From positions 41,777 through 105,776 of the forward strand of contig MEDJ01000009.1 of assembly GCA_001724025.1 (NCBI GenBank): a stretch of DNA of 64,000 nt. Reading direction: 5' to 3'. Made by a program: the position numbers and the translations under genes. The stretch's first letter is position 1; the number at the start of each line of letters is the position of its first letter. The notes under the pieces are model-generated. The model did not search any database. It had not been told where the DNA came from and saw only the letters and a program-made list of their open reading frames with translations. Shown piece after piece: positions 15,027-26,347 of the stretch. The stretch is from Acidobacteria bacterium SCN 69-37 (lineage in GTDB: Bacteria > Acidobacteriota > Vicinamibacteria > Vicinamibacterales > SCN-69-37).

Positions 15027-17071
15027 TGCATCTCCACATCCGACAGCTCATTCTGTGGCCACATCGTGCGGACCTGTCGCCGCGTGTGCTGAAGTTCCCT
15101 TCCCAGCGGATAGGTGTTGTGACCGGCTGGAGTAACACAGGCAAGTCAGCCGTTATCAGGATCATTGACTACGTGCTCGGGAGCAGCTCTTGCGCGATTC
15201 CGATTGGGCCTCTGCGGGAACTCGTCTCCTGGTACGGTCTCGATCTTGAAACTGACGACGGGCTATTGCGAGTCGCTCGCCAAAGACCCACCAGTCGTCA
15301 GGTAAGCGACGACTACATGGTGTTTCCCTTGATGGACGATGCCTCTCAAGGCGACATCCCGCCAGAACCTCGGAGAAACGCAACGACTGACGAATTTAAG
15401 GTTCGCATGAACCGTTTGGCCGGCCTCTCTGACCTTCGGCTCAGTCCAATTGATGATGCCGGCTGGAATCAGCGAGCATCTTTCCGCGACATGGCGTCGT
15501 TTACGCTTCAGCCGCAGCACATCGTAGCGAATCCTCACACTCTGTTCTTCAAGGCGGATTCATCTCGACATCGTGAAAAGCTCAAGCGAGTCATTCCCGT
15601 TGCCCTTGGCGTGCTAACCAACGATCACCTCGTGCTCCAGCACAGGGCAGAGTTGTTGCGAAACGAACTGCGCGACCTGGAAGCCCAGCAGCGACGTCGG
15701 CTCGCATCCTTGGAGACATGGCGTACCACTGCGACATCTCAGTATGTCCGGGCCCAGGAACTGGGCCTATTGGCGGCCAAAGAGCCGCCAGCTGAGGTGG
15801 GGGCAATCAACAGAGAGTTGTCTGCCCTTCTAACGAAAGCGCCTGAAGCTACCAGCGTCGGAAATCTGACCCGCGATGCGCTGACACGCCTGCAAGCTAC
15901 AAGAGACGGAGAGCTGCGATTGGACCGGCGAGTATCTGACCTGCGCCGAAAGCTCAAACGGCTGAGATCCATGAGCGCGAGCTTCACGCAATACGCGGAC
16001 GTCATCAGCGAGCAGCAGGCCATGGTTTCTGGTGTCGGTTGGTTTGCCCGACGCATAACAGGTGCGAACGAATGTCCTATTTGCGGCAGTGAGTCGACAA
16101 GCGCAAAGCAGGCGCTAGCCGAGTTGCGAGCGCCTCTAGCCGCCTTGGAAGATATCGCCGGGGCAGCCAGGCATGATCGCCCGATGGTCGATCGGGATGC
16201 TATAGCGACGGAACGGGCCTTGTATGAAGCGGAACGTCTACTGATGCAGCAGCGCCGTTTGCGGATTGAGCTTGAAACTGCGGTGCCCAAGGAGGGAGGC
16301 CAGCGCCTCGAAGACGTCTACCGGTTCCTCGGCAACGTCGAGCACGCCCTGCGAACGGCTAGCGAACCCGACGCAGGCCTGACAACGCGCATCGTCGATC
16401 TTACGATCGAGCTTCGCGGTGTGACATCAGACCTGAACGAGGGGGCAAGGCGCGAAGCCGAGAAGGAAGCTCTGAAACAGGTCGGCGAGTTAATAGCTGA
16501 CTATGCCAAAGCGTTCGGTGTCGAGGCCGTCGAGGGCCAACCCGTTCTTGACGTTCGAGAGCTTACGGTCCGTTTCGACCCCGAGCAAGAAGATCGAACG
16601 GCCTCGTTCCTGTGGGAGATTGGAAGTGGCGCGAACTGGATGGGTTACCACATCGCGACCCTTCTCGCGATTCACGACTACCTCTACAGACGCGTTCCGG
16701 CAAGCCCGGTACCGACGTTCCTAGTCATTGACCAGCCGAGTCAAGTGTTCTTTCCCAGCGACACATACGATCAGCTGCTCGGTCGTGGCGCCGAGGCCTC
16801 GCGCTCGACAGACGCCGCGGCGTCACCGAAACTTGATCGAGATCTGCAGCGAACGCGGCAAATTTTCGAAACCCTTGCTCGCGGCTTCAGGAGGCTCGGC
16901 GGACATTTGCAGATCGTAGTGCTAGAACACGCTGATCAGGCCGCTTGGGGACACTTGGAAGAATTTGAGCTTGTCGCCGACTGGCACAAATCGGACGACG
17001 CTCTCCTCCCACCGCCGTGGTTCGCGCCGCCAGATCCGGGAGAGACGACTACCCCTTCGACCACTCCATGA
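15026..17071 (+). CDS. lmuB: Rad50/SMC-like ABC ATPase (DUF3732-type; LmuB-like) with a mid-coiled-coil CxxC
   Basis: ORF trimmed to ATG 15026-15028 (MHLHIRQLILWP…). Walker A GWSNTGKS (15125-15148), a long heptad-like R/E/L-rich middle, ECPICGS at its centre (Cys codons 16073-16075 and 16082-16084), a signature-like WEIGSGANW, and Walker B FLVIDQPSQVFFP (from 16718). Confidence 0.8.
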   Translation: MHLHIRQLILWPHRADLSPRVLKFPSQRIGVVTGWSNTGKSAVIRIIDYVLGSSSCAIPIGPLRELVSWYGLDLETDDGLLRVARQRPTSRQVSDDYMVFPLMDDASQGDIPPEPRRNATTDEFKVRMNRLAGLSDLRLSPIDDAGWNQRASFRDMASFTLQPQHIVANPHTLFFKADSSRHREKLKRVIPVALGVLTNDHLVLQHRAELLRNELRDLEAQQRRRLASLETWRTTATSQYVRAQELGLLAAKEPPAEVGAINRELSALLTKAPEATSVGNLTRDALTRLQATRDGELRLDRRVSDLRRKLKRLRSMSASFTQYADVISEQQAMVSGVGWFARRITGANECPICGSESTSAKQALAELRAPLAALEDIAGAARHDRPMVDRDAIATERALYEAERLLMQQRRLRIELETAVPKEGGQRLEDVYRFLGNVEHALRTASEPDAGLTTRIVDLTIELRGVTSDLNEGARREAEKEALKQVGELIADYAKAFGVEAVEGQPVLDVRELTVRFDPEQEDRTASFLWEIGSGANWMGYHIATLLAIHDYLYRRVPASPVPTFLVIDQPSQVFFPSDTYDQLLGRGAEASRSTDAAASPKLDRDLQRTRQIFETLARGFRRLGGHLQIVVLEHADQAAWGHLEEFELVADWHKSDDALLPPPWFAPPDPGETTTPSTTP

Positions 17072-17228
17072 GTGGTGCGAAGACCTGCCGCCTCAGGACT
17101 CGGCCTGGCAATTGGGCCTCGATCTATGCCGATACAACAGCGACTCAAGAAGAGCTTGTCGGGATCGGAGATGTCGCGTGCAGGCTCGGGCGTGTCGTCA
17201 ACTTGGATCCTCTGACCGACGGGCGCCA

Positions 17229-18017
17229 TCACCCGATCGGCTCGACCGCGCCGAGAATGGTCGCGGCCGCGCGTCGGATTCGATCAAGCGATGAGGCGAG
17301 CGCCTCTCGGTCACCTCGATAGAGGTGGATGTAGTCGCGCGAGGACTGCGACACGTCCAGGCCGACGGCATCACCGACGACGAACGCGACCGCCTCGGCC
17401 TCGAGTTCACGCGTGTCACGGGATGCGGGGCGGTCCGCCGATCGGTGCAGCAACTCGTGCGCGAACTCGTGGACCAGGACGACGAACTCCTCCGCTGGTG
17501 CGAGTCCCGTGAGGAGTTGGATGCGGCCACCGGTGGACGTGCCCAGCGCTCCGCCGAGGTCATCAGACGCCTTGATGGCGATGGCGTGCGAGAGGATCGC
17601 ATCCCGCAGCTGCGCCGTACGCACACCCGGGTCACCGGTCGCCATCGAAGGCTCGGGCAGCGGGTCGCCATCAGTCTGGGTCACATCAAACACGTGCGCG
17701 GCACGAAATCCGGCGACGTGCTTCGCATCGTCGTCGCAGGCGTCGACTCTCCTACGGACGATGGGGGCCAGAATCCCGATGCCCTTCTCGCCCTTCCGCA
17801 CACACCGCCCCAGAGCGCGCCAGGTGTGGAACCCAGCGACGCGCGTGGCGGTCGGGCACTGGCTGGTGATGAGGCAGATGTTGTTGAAGCTGTAGTGGTG
17901 AAAGCGGCCCATAGTCTTGAGCAGCGCGGTGAGCTGGTCGCTGTGTCCGGTATCGAGCAGAGCGGCGAGTCGGTCGAGGGCGTCGGTCGTGAGTTGCTTG
18001 AGATCGTCGGCGTTCAT
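17229..18017 (-). CDS. ardC: ArdC-like anti-restriction protein (ssDNA-binding N-domain plus metalloprotease domain)
   Basis: ORF trimmed to ATG 18015-18017 (GGAGGAC upstream), giving 262 aa with HHYSFNNICLI…GFHTWRALGRCVRKGEKGI and the HExxH motif VHEFAHELLH. Confidence 0.8.
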   Translation of the reverse strand: MNADDLKQLTTDALDRLAALLDTGHSDQLTALLKTMGRFHHYSFNNICLITSQCPTATRVAGFHTWRALGRCVRKGEKGIGILAPIVRRRVDACDDDAKHVAGFRAAHVFDVTQTDGDPLPEPSMATGDPGVRTAQLRDAILSHAIAIKASDDLGGALGTSTGGRIQLLTGLAPAEEFVVLVHEFAHELLHRSADRPASRDTRELEAEAVAFVVGDAVGLDVSQSSRDYIHLYRGDREALASSLDRIRRAAATILGAVEPIG

Positions 18018-18020
18018 GGT

Positions 18021-18105
18021 GTCCTCCGAAATGACGGGCAGTGCGTGGTTCCTTCGCACTCGAGGAACCCGACCGCCCGTCCGGAGGACCCACTAGCGAG
18101 GCGCC
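18021..18105 (-). promoter_or_regulatory. Structured 5' leader, copy 2 (upstream of ardC)
   Basis: 8-nt inverted repeat 18021-18028 (covers the SD) / 18082-18089. Inner hairpin GGTTCCT 18047-18053 / AGGAACC 18063-18069. Blocks GGAGGACC (18083-18090) and GCGAGGCGCC (18096-18105) match copy 1. Confidence 0.45.
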
Positions 18106-18280
18106 ACCCGGCGAGTGCCTCCTCACCGGGCGTGACGGCCGCGGTCAGACGGCACGAAGCGCAGCGGCCGGTGAGTACGCGCCGGGATCTATTGCCGCCG
18201 AGCGCCACGCCGATGCAGCAGCGACGACGCGCCATGAAGCGCGACGTTCGCCGGTCAAGTGCCCTGATGGGCGATCCCGA

Positions 18281-18500
18281 TCACCGCAGCAGGCCCGCCT
18301 CCCGGAAGCTCACCCAGCGCCCATCACCGATGGCGAGGTGGTCCGCCACGTCCGCGCCGGAGATTCGGTCGGCGTTGAGGCGGCGTTGCGTCAGGATGAC
18401 GTCGTCTCGGCTCGGGGGGCCGTACCGACAGCTGGGGCGATTTCAACCGTGCAATCGAAAACAGGTGCGCCCACCACTGCGCCCACCATTCGCGAGACAT
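18281..18500 (-). pseudogene. Possible small ORF interrupted by a frameshift at a homopolymer (G6 on the plus strand, 18414-18419)
   Basis: Minus strand: ATG 18498-18500 gives MSREWWAQWWAHLFSIARLKSPQLSVR…. The +1 frame then continues with protein-like SRDDVILTQRRLNADRISGADVADHLAIGDGRWVSFREAGLLR and a stop at 18281-18283. One C fewer would fuse them into 72 aa. Confidence 0.25.
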
Positions 18501-19153
18501 GGTGAGATTTACTGAGCATTTCTGCGATTTCTAGAGACAGCGCGACGACGTCAGGAATCGCCTTTCCTCAATAAAGACGGACCTGAACGTGCGTTTTCCA
18601 GAATATCCTCGATATTCTTGAAGACGACGTTCTATGCCAAGGTTTTCGCACACCGCGAGCACCTCACGCTGTCGAAGAATCAGAACAGGTCGAGTGCCCT
18701 CTCGCAGAGGCAATTGACACGCGCACTTCGCCGGCGTAGCCTTGGCGCATACCGTCCTTGGCGCTGCGCGCCTTCCCCTCCACCGGTCTCAGGCCGGTGA
18801 AGGCAGCCACTTTCCCGTCCTCCAACCGATCCGGGAACAGGCTCTAAACATCTGAATAGCGAATCCCTCGGCGCATCCGTCCCGCTGGGCACGAGAGTCC
18901 CCATCAGGGCACCAGCCAACCGGAACGCCAGTGTTTCAGATGGTCACGATCGCAACGTCATCGGCACCTTACGGCGGGCTCCGCGCCCTGCGACGGTCCT
19001 GCCGAGTTCGCGGGCAATGCCGTGCTGACCCAACACACATTGGCCCGTCGCTCGCCGCTCTACTCCTCACCGGACGACTTCGGCCAACAGGCCGTGCGGC
19101 ACGCCCCAGATCGTACCCAATGTTCGCCGTTCCAGCTCTTCTGTGGGGGTATC

Positions 19154-19362
19154 ATGCGAGGACGGAAGCACACTCGTTCCCAGGAACCGACGCGCGGACG
19201 CCATGCGTTCGAACGTGGCCGACGCGTATCGGCCGAGACCGATGCTCAGGTCGACGAATCCTTCCGTGCGCTCGCGCGATTGCTCGGGCGACAAGCTGCG
19301 CGTGAAGTGTTCAACCGCGCCATGACCCGAGCAGTCGACCGATCAGCCGAAGAGGGTCACCA

Positions 19363-19366
<4 letters not shown>
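19154..19366 (+). CDS. Small basic protein translationally coupled to the recombinase (possible directionality or accessory factor; speculative)
   Basis: 70 aa from ATG 19154 (MRGRKHTRSQ…FRALARLLGRQAAREVFNRAMTRAVDRS…). Its TGA overlaps the recombinase ATG (ATGA at 19363-19366). Confidence 0.35.
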
Positions 19367-21042
<1,676 letters not shown>

Positions 21043-21172
21043 CCATGTGTGCCGCCGATGTGGCCATCAGCGTCGTTCGACGAGAACGACGAACATCGTC
21101 TCGCGAACAGACAGCCATCATACCCTCTGCCTCATAAACAGTCAACCGGCACGACGACGCGGGCGAGCCGAT

Positions 21173-22798
21173 TCATCGCATCGGCTGCTCGGCCACCACC
21201 ACCTTCCTGATCATGCCGTCCGCCTTCGTGGTGATGTAGATCTCTCCGGCCGCATCCACGGCAAACCGGATGTCCACGCGCCCGGGCGCCCTCGCCCCCT
21301 TCCCCGCCGGGTCGGCGTCGCGGCGGGCCTCGTATGCCGCCGCCGTCATCGGACGCATCGTCTCGATCAGTTCGGTCACCCCACCGTCCGCCCCCGCTGG
21401 GCGACGCCACCGCACGCGCACCTCCCGGAACGGCGCCACCGTCTCCGGCCGGCCATCGTCGGCCGCGATCATGTCGGCGAGATCGGCCAGCCACAGCCGG
21501 CCCGTCAGCAGATCGCCGAACAGGAACTTGCCGCGCAACTCCGGCAGGCTCATGCCGCGATAGACGACGCCGCCGGCAATCGCGAAGCCGCCAGGCCGGG
21601 TGTATTGCAGCACCGGATACGTCGGCGCCATGGTTCCACGCGTCCCGGTCGGGCCGATGCGAATCGGCAACGTGTCGTCCCCCGCAAGCGGCGCAGCGAG
21701 ATTCGTCTCCGGATCGAGAAACTGATTGCCTTCGCGCTCCGAATACCCGAAGTTCGCCCCCTTCCTGACGATGTAGACCGACTCCCACGATCGGAGACCG
21801 ATCGACATGACGATCAGCCTGTTGTCCCGCGGATTTAACGGGTCGACGTCCCAGATCAACCGATGCGGATTGCGCAGACCAAGCGCCCAGATTTCCTTCA
21901 ACGCACCAGGAATCTCGACAAAGGGGTTGTCATCCGGAATGCGGTACCGGCCATTCGCACTGATCGTGCTCGACGACGAGCGCAACGCGAGGTCGGGAAT
22001 GATGCGCAGCACCTTGCCCACCATCATGTCGAGCCGCTGCGGCGCGCTGCGCCGCTCGTCCTTCTGCTCGCCAGCCCCGCCATCGCCCACCGTGAGATAC
22101 ATGACGCGCCAGTCCGCATCGCCCGGCTTCGCCGTCGGATCGAAGATCATGTCCCCCGTCGGGTGCAGCTGCAGGTTCAACTGCATCCGGAGGAGCTCAC
22201 GCGCGGTGCCCTCGAACGTACTGTTGGTGATGTCCGTGTCTGTCCACTCGACGACCACGCCCTCGCGCAGCGCTTCGCCGACGACAGGCACGGGCGCCGT
22301 AGTGGTGTAGCCCGTCAGGTCGAGCCCGGGCACACTCGTCCCGCGCGGCTGCGGCGATCCGCCGGCCGCCAGTTCCTCGACGTGCACGGTATAGAAACGG
22401 CCGTTGTGGCGGTAGTCGGGATCGAACTGGAAACTGACGAAGCCCTGCCCCAACCCCGTCGGAAACCCGAGCCGCTCGAACAGCCCCGGCGCACCGTCGC
22501 GACCGTTCAGATTCAGGTAGAGCGTCGGTGCCTTCGTCGCACGATCGAGGACGTAGAGCGGCCCATTCAGATCATTGACGAAGAAGCGCCCGTCGGGCAC
22601 CGGCTCCTGCCGCATGAAGTTGACGCGCGCAATGACGCTGAGATTGCCGCTGGCGCCCCACTGGCCGGTCATCGGCAGCGTGGCGTCATCGGCCAGTTCG
22701 ATGACGAATGGCGGCGGTTCCTGCGCCGCGCCCCCGGCCGCAGACACCGCCACCATCGCCAGAAGCATCACCAGAACGTGCCGGATATGACGTCGCAT
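21173..22798 (-). CDS. Secreted PQQ-dependent sugar (glucose/sorbosone) dehydrogenase-like beta-propeller protein
   Basis: 541 aa with a signal peptide and the motifs GLGQGFVSFQFDPDY, WALGLRNPHRLIWD and GGFAIAGGVVYRG. Confidence 0.7.
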   Translation of the reverse strand: MRRHIRHVLVMLLAMVAVSAAGGAAQEPPPFVIELADDATLPMTGQWGASGNLSVIARVNFMRQEPVPDGRFFVNDLNGPLYVLDRATKAPTLYLNLNGRDGAPGLFERLGFPTGLGQGFVSFQFDPDYRHNGRFYTVHVEELAAGGSPQPRGTSVPGLDLTGYTTTAPVPVVGEALREGVVVEWTDTDITNSTFEGTARELLRMQLNLQLHPTGDMIFDPTAKPGDADWRVMYLTVGDGGAGEQKDERRSAPQRLDMMVGKVLRIIPDLALRSSSSTISANGRYRIPDDNPFVEIPGALKEIWALGLRNPHRLIWDVDPLNPRDNRLIVMSIGLRSWESVYIVRKGANFGYSEREGNQFLDPETNLAAPLAGDDTLPIRIGPTGTRGTMAPTYPVLQYTRPGGFAIAGGVVYRGMSLPELRGKFLFGDLLTGRLWLADLADMIAADDGRPETVAPFREVRVRWRRPAGADGGVTELIETMRPMTAAAYEARRDADPAGKGARAPGRVDIRFAVDAAGEIYITTKADGMIRKVVVAEQPMR

Positions 22799-22897
22799 GA
22801 AGACGCCATTATCGATCGTCTGCCGTCGCGCGACCGCCGATCCGCCGCAGACACAACGGGCCGGGCGTGATGCCCGGCCCGCCGGATGGTGCGTCTT

Positions 22898-22982
22898 CCC
22901 CGGGGCTGAAGCCCCGGGGCTCCGTTCTCCATGCGCCCCGGGACTCCGTCTAACATGCGCCCCGGGGCTCCGTTCTACGTGC
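22898..22982. repeat. CCCCGGGGC hairpin (22898-22919, loop TGAA) plus three tandem 24-nt units (22911-22982); REP-like/terminator element
   Basis: Perfect 9-bp stem. The units GCCCCGGGGCTCCGTTCTCCATGC, GCCCCGGGACTCCGTCTAACATGC and GCCCCGGGGCTCCGTTCTACGTGC lie directly after the stop of the 1038-aa gene. Confidence 0.7.
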
Positions 22983-25900
22983 TACTTGCCCGGCGCGAAC
23001 AGGCGGAGACGCTGCATCGTGAACGGCGGGAGATCGGCGCCCGAGCCGGTCTGCGTGAGGCGCACGAACTTCGTCTGCACCGGCGCAAACGCGATATGCG
23101 TGTTGCCGCCCGTGCCGGCGCCCTTCGTCACGGTCCGCCACGACTGCCCGTCGTTCGAGACCTGCACCTCGAACGCGCGCGGGAAGCCGATCTGCGGCGC
23201 GTCACCGCCGCCGCGCCCGAAGACGCTGCGCGACGGCATGCCCGGCGTGATCGGCTCCTCGACCACCTCGGCCGGCCCGGATTCGAACTCGATCTCCGAC
23301 ACCGTGATCACCGACGGGAACTCGACCTGCCACCACATCCCCGGCGCCTGGCGCAGGCCCGTCGTCCACGGCTGGATGCCGAGCGCGTACGGGGCGATGC
23401 CCGGGTTGTGGCTGGCCGCGAACTTCCACGAGGGATCCGAGACGACCTGCTGCGGCAGCGAGGCCAGCAGTTCGTCGCTCGTCCACACGCTGGTCCGGGC
23501 CTTCGTCGCCGCGCGCACGCGCGCCACGTCGGCCGGCGTCACCAGCGACGCACTGTTGCCGAAGTCGTTGCGCACGTACGACGCCACGGCGGCAATCCAT
23601 TCGTCGGACTGCATCCCCATCGGCACCATCACGTCCGTGTAGGTCTGCCCCGCCAGCGGTCCGGTCAATCCCTGCAGCAGCACCTTGACGACGTAATCCT
23701 GATGCCCGAGGACGCGCGGCGACGCCGCCAGCGCCGGGGCTCGCATCGTGGACTCCCCGGGCACCGTTTCGCCCAGGCCGGCGTCGCCGTGGCACGCGAA
23801 ACACACCTCGCGATACGCGGTCTGCCCGCGCTCGAGCACGGCCAACTCGTCGGCCGACAGCGTCCGCGTGGCCTCGAGCGCCCCACCACGGCCCACCGAC
23901 ACCCCGGCGCTGGCCACGGCCTTGGCCACGATCTGCACACCCCGCGCCTGGTTGGACGCCAGGGTGCCCTCGGCCACGGTCTTCACGTCAGGCGTCTTCA
24001 ACGCATTGAGCGTCATCAGCGCCTGCATCACCACGTCGACGTCCGCATCCCCCACCAGCCGTTTCACGTCGTCGGCCATCGTGCGATCGCCGGCCTTGAA
24101 GAGCGTCTCACTCGCGCGGATGGCCTGCAGTCGAATCTGCGGATCGGCATCCTTCATCAGATCGCGCACCAGTGCGGCGTCCGTCGCGGCCAGCCCGTCG
24201 AGCGTCCAGAGCGCGTGGATGCGCGCGAGCGGATTCGCGTGCGTCCGCGCCATCGTCGTGAGCGCTGGTACAACTGACGTGTCCTGCCGAAGGACGAGCA
24301 ACTGCTGCGCGGTGTCGCGCCACCAGCCGTTTGGATCGGCCAGGTGCGCCACGAGCTGCGTGGCCGTCTCGTCGTGCATGCGCGGCTGATCGGTGCGCCG
24401 GCCCATGCCCTCGTACGTCAGCCGCCAGATGCGGCCGTGCCGGACGATCTTGTCGAGTTGATACTGATCGATGCGCGCCCGCAGGTACGTCCCCGGCCCG
24501 GACCACTGGGACTCCTGGATGATCCCGCGGTACATGTCCGTGATGTACATCGTCCCGTCCGGCGCCGTGGTCATGTCGACCGGCCGGAAGAGCGGATCGG
24601 TCGAACGGATGAACTCGGACAGCGGATAGACGTTGCGCAACTGCGTCATCCCGTCGGTCTTCACGGGCCGCAGCCGGCGCACGACGCGCCCGACGGTCTC
24701 GCCATAGAAGTAGTCGCCGACCATGTCGGCCGGCAGGCGATCGCCGCGGTAGATGTCGTTACCCGCGGCCCCTGTCGCGCGTGCGAGCGAGCCGTCGGGC
24801 ATGCGCACCGCGGCCATCCCGCCCTGCATGTCGGCAATCAGCACCGGCGCACCCCAGATGATGTTCAGGTCCGATTCGAACTGATCGGGGTTGTTGAAAT
24901 TGCCGTACGCCACCGGCGTCTGGAAGTAGCCGGGCATGCCGCTCGCCCCGGCCTGGAACCACGTCTTGCCGTAGTTGTCCTGCGTGACGCCCCACTGGCC
25001 GCCGTTCGATCCGGTCGGTTCACGCAGCACCCCGTTCGGCGTCCAGCGCAGGCGGACCAGGTTGATGGTGCTGTAGATCCAGTTGTCCATCGCCCACATC
25101 AGGCCGCTCTCCTGATGCTCGACGTTCATCAACCGGCCCATGCCGGTGGCGAACAGCTCCTTGCGATCGGCCACGCCGTCGCCGTTCGTGTCCGTGAACT
25201 TCCAGAGCTCGTCGGCGTTGGATTCCTTCGCGAGAATGGCGTTGGGCCCGAACGGCATGACGAACCGCGGGAACACGAGGTTGTCGACGAAGACGCTGTG
25301 CGTCTCGTAGACGCCGTCGCCATCCCTGTCCTCGTGCACCGAGATGCGCCCGTTCGGATCGAGCGTGCCACCGCCATCGGCGTCCTGCATGTAGCCACGC
25401 AACTCGAGCACGAACATGCGGCCGTTGCCGTCGAACGCAATCTGTGCCGGTTCCTCGATCTGCGGCTCAGTCAAGACCGGCTCGAGCTTGAAGCCGGGCG
25501 GCAGCAGGAAGCGCGCCTGTTCCTCGGCCACGCTCAGCGGCTGCACCGGCGGCTTCGGCGAGAAATCGGGCTCGAGCATCGCCGCGCGGCCCGGGCCGGG
25601 ACCACCGCCCCGCTGACCGGCAGGACCACCGCGGCCAGCGTCGGCCGCCTGTCGCCGCACGGCGGTGCCCTGCATCTGCATGGCGCCACCGGCAAGGTCG
25701 AGCATCGCGGCCATCCTGTCGGCCTCGCCCGGTGTCAGATAGAGCACCGCGCTCAGCTGGTTGCCTTCGTAGGCAAAGTCGTAACTGATGGCCAGCCGCT
25801 CGCCGGCCATCGACACATCCTTCACCGTTCCGGTCGGGAAGGCATCGGCGCTCAGTTGCGCCGCCACCGCGTCGCCATCGGCAGCCACGCGTACCGCGAG

Positions 25901-26098
25901 TGCACCTGCCTCGAGCGTGACAGTCCAATCGCCGAGGAATGCCTTGGCTGTGGTCGGTGTGGCCTTCGTCGCGGCCGACGACGGAGAGGAGGGATTCGTC
26001 ACCGGCGCCTGCGCCAGGAGCGACATGGTCGTGAGCACTGCCACGCCAAGGACGACGGGGAGAAACATGCGAAATCGCGAACGTACGGATGCGGACAT
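22982..26098 (-). CDS. Large secreted haem-binding protein (membrane-bound-dehydrogenase-like domain, HEAT repeats, cytochrome c CxxCH, C-terminal discoidin/F5-8 type C-like domain)
   Basis: 1038 aa with a signal peptide, CFACHGDAG (CxxCH), HEAT-like helical repeats (…LADPNGWWRDTAQQLLV…NPLARIHALWTL…) and a beta-rich C-terminus. Confidence 0.75.
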   Translation of the reverse strand: MSASVRSRFRMFLPVVLGVAVLTTMSLLAQAPVTNPSSPSSAATKATPTTAKAFLGDWTVTLEAGALAVRVAADGDAVAAQLSADAFPTGTVKDVSMAGERLAISYDFAYEGNQLSAVLYLTPGEADRMAAMLDLAGGAMQMQGTAVRRQAADAGRGGPAGQRGGGPGPGRAAMLEPDFSPKPPVQPLSVAEEQARFLLPPGFKLEPVLTEPQIEEPAQIAFDGNGRMFVLELRGYMQDADGGGTLDPNGRISVHEDRDGDGVYETHSVFVDNLVFPRFVMPFGPNAILAKESNADELWKFTDTNGDGVADRKELFATGMGRLMNVEHQESGLMWAMDNWIYSTINLVRLRWTPNGVLREPTGSNGGQWGVTQDNYGKTWFQAGASGMPGYFQTPVAYGNFNNPDQFESDLNIIWGAPVLIADMQGGMAAVRMPDGSLARATGAAGNDIYRGDRLPADMVGDYFYGETVGRVVRRLRPVKTDGMTQLRNVYPLSEFIRSTDPLFRPVDMTTAPDGTMYITDMYRGIIQESQWSGPGTYLRARIDQYQLDKIVRHGRIWRLTYEGMGRRTDQPRMHDETATQLVAHLADPNGWWRDTAQQLLVLRQDTSVVPALTTMARTHANPLARIHALWTLDGLAATDAALVRDLMKDADPQIRLQAIRASETLFKAGDRTMADDVKRLVGDADVDVVMQALMTLNALKTPDVKTVAEGTLASNQARGVQIVAKAVASAGVSVGRGGALEATRTLSADELAVLERGQTAYREVCFACHGDAGLGETVPGESTMRAPALAASPRVLGHQDYVVKVLLQGLTGPLAGQTYTDVMVPMGMQSDEWIAAVASYVRNDFGNSASLVTPADVARVRAATKARTSVWTSDELLASLPQQVVSDPSWKFAASHNPGIAPYALGIQPWTTGLRQAPGMWWQVEFPSVITVSEIEFESGPAEVVEEPITPGMPSRSVFGRGGGDAPQIGFPRAFEVQVSNDGQSWRTVTKGAGTGGNTHIAFAPVQTKFVRLTQTGSGADLPPFTMQRLRLFAPGK

Positions 26099-26238
26099 GC
26101 GAACCGAAACCTTTCGCCTGAAAAAAGGGGCGACAGGATCCTAACAGTGCATGCAATCAGGCACAAGACACTGAAAAACACAGGGACGACGAGTACGACA
26201 GCAACAGGAGCTATTATCGTGGCCGACTTCGCCTCCGC

Positions 26239-26260
26239 CCCCGGGGCTGAAGCCCCGGGG
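26239..26260. repeat. Single CCCCGGGGC-TGAA-GCCCCGGGG hairpin downstream of dcd (same family as 22898, 38560 and 44797)
   Basis: Perfect 9-bp stem with a 4-nt loop, followed by CTCCG and then an A-run (a U-run on the minus-strand transcript side). It is intergenic. Confidence 0.65.
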
Positions 26261-26347
26261 CTCCGAAAAACGAGAGACGTTCGTCTCGCCAGGAATCAAA
26301 AAGTCGGCGCGAAGCGCCCTCCTGTCGCCCGTCGTCCCTGATCTCTT

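Noticed and set aside
17072-17228. Convergent intergenic region between lmuB and ardC, examined for a bidirectional terminator
   Set aside because: I could find no convincing stem-loop or T-run by eye, so I left it unannotated.
18531-18800. 60-aa ORFs 18531..18713 (-) and 18618..18800 (+) in the AT-richer spacer
   Set aside because: They have no SD, odd composition and mutually overlapping frames. I treat them as part of a decayed region rather than as genes.
24344-26341. 665-aa plus-strand ORF opposite the 1038-aa haem-protein gene
   Set aside because: It has shadow composition, and its C-terminus is just translated hairpin repeat (…APGAEAPGLR…).
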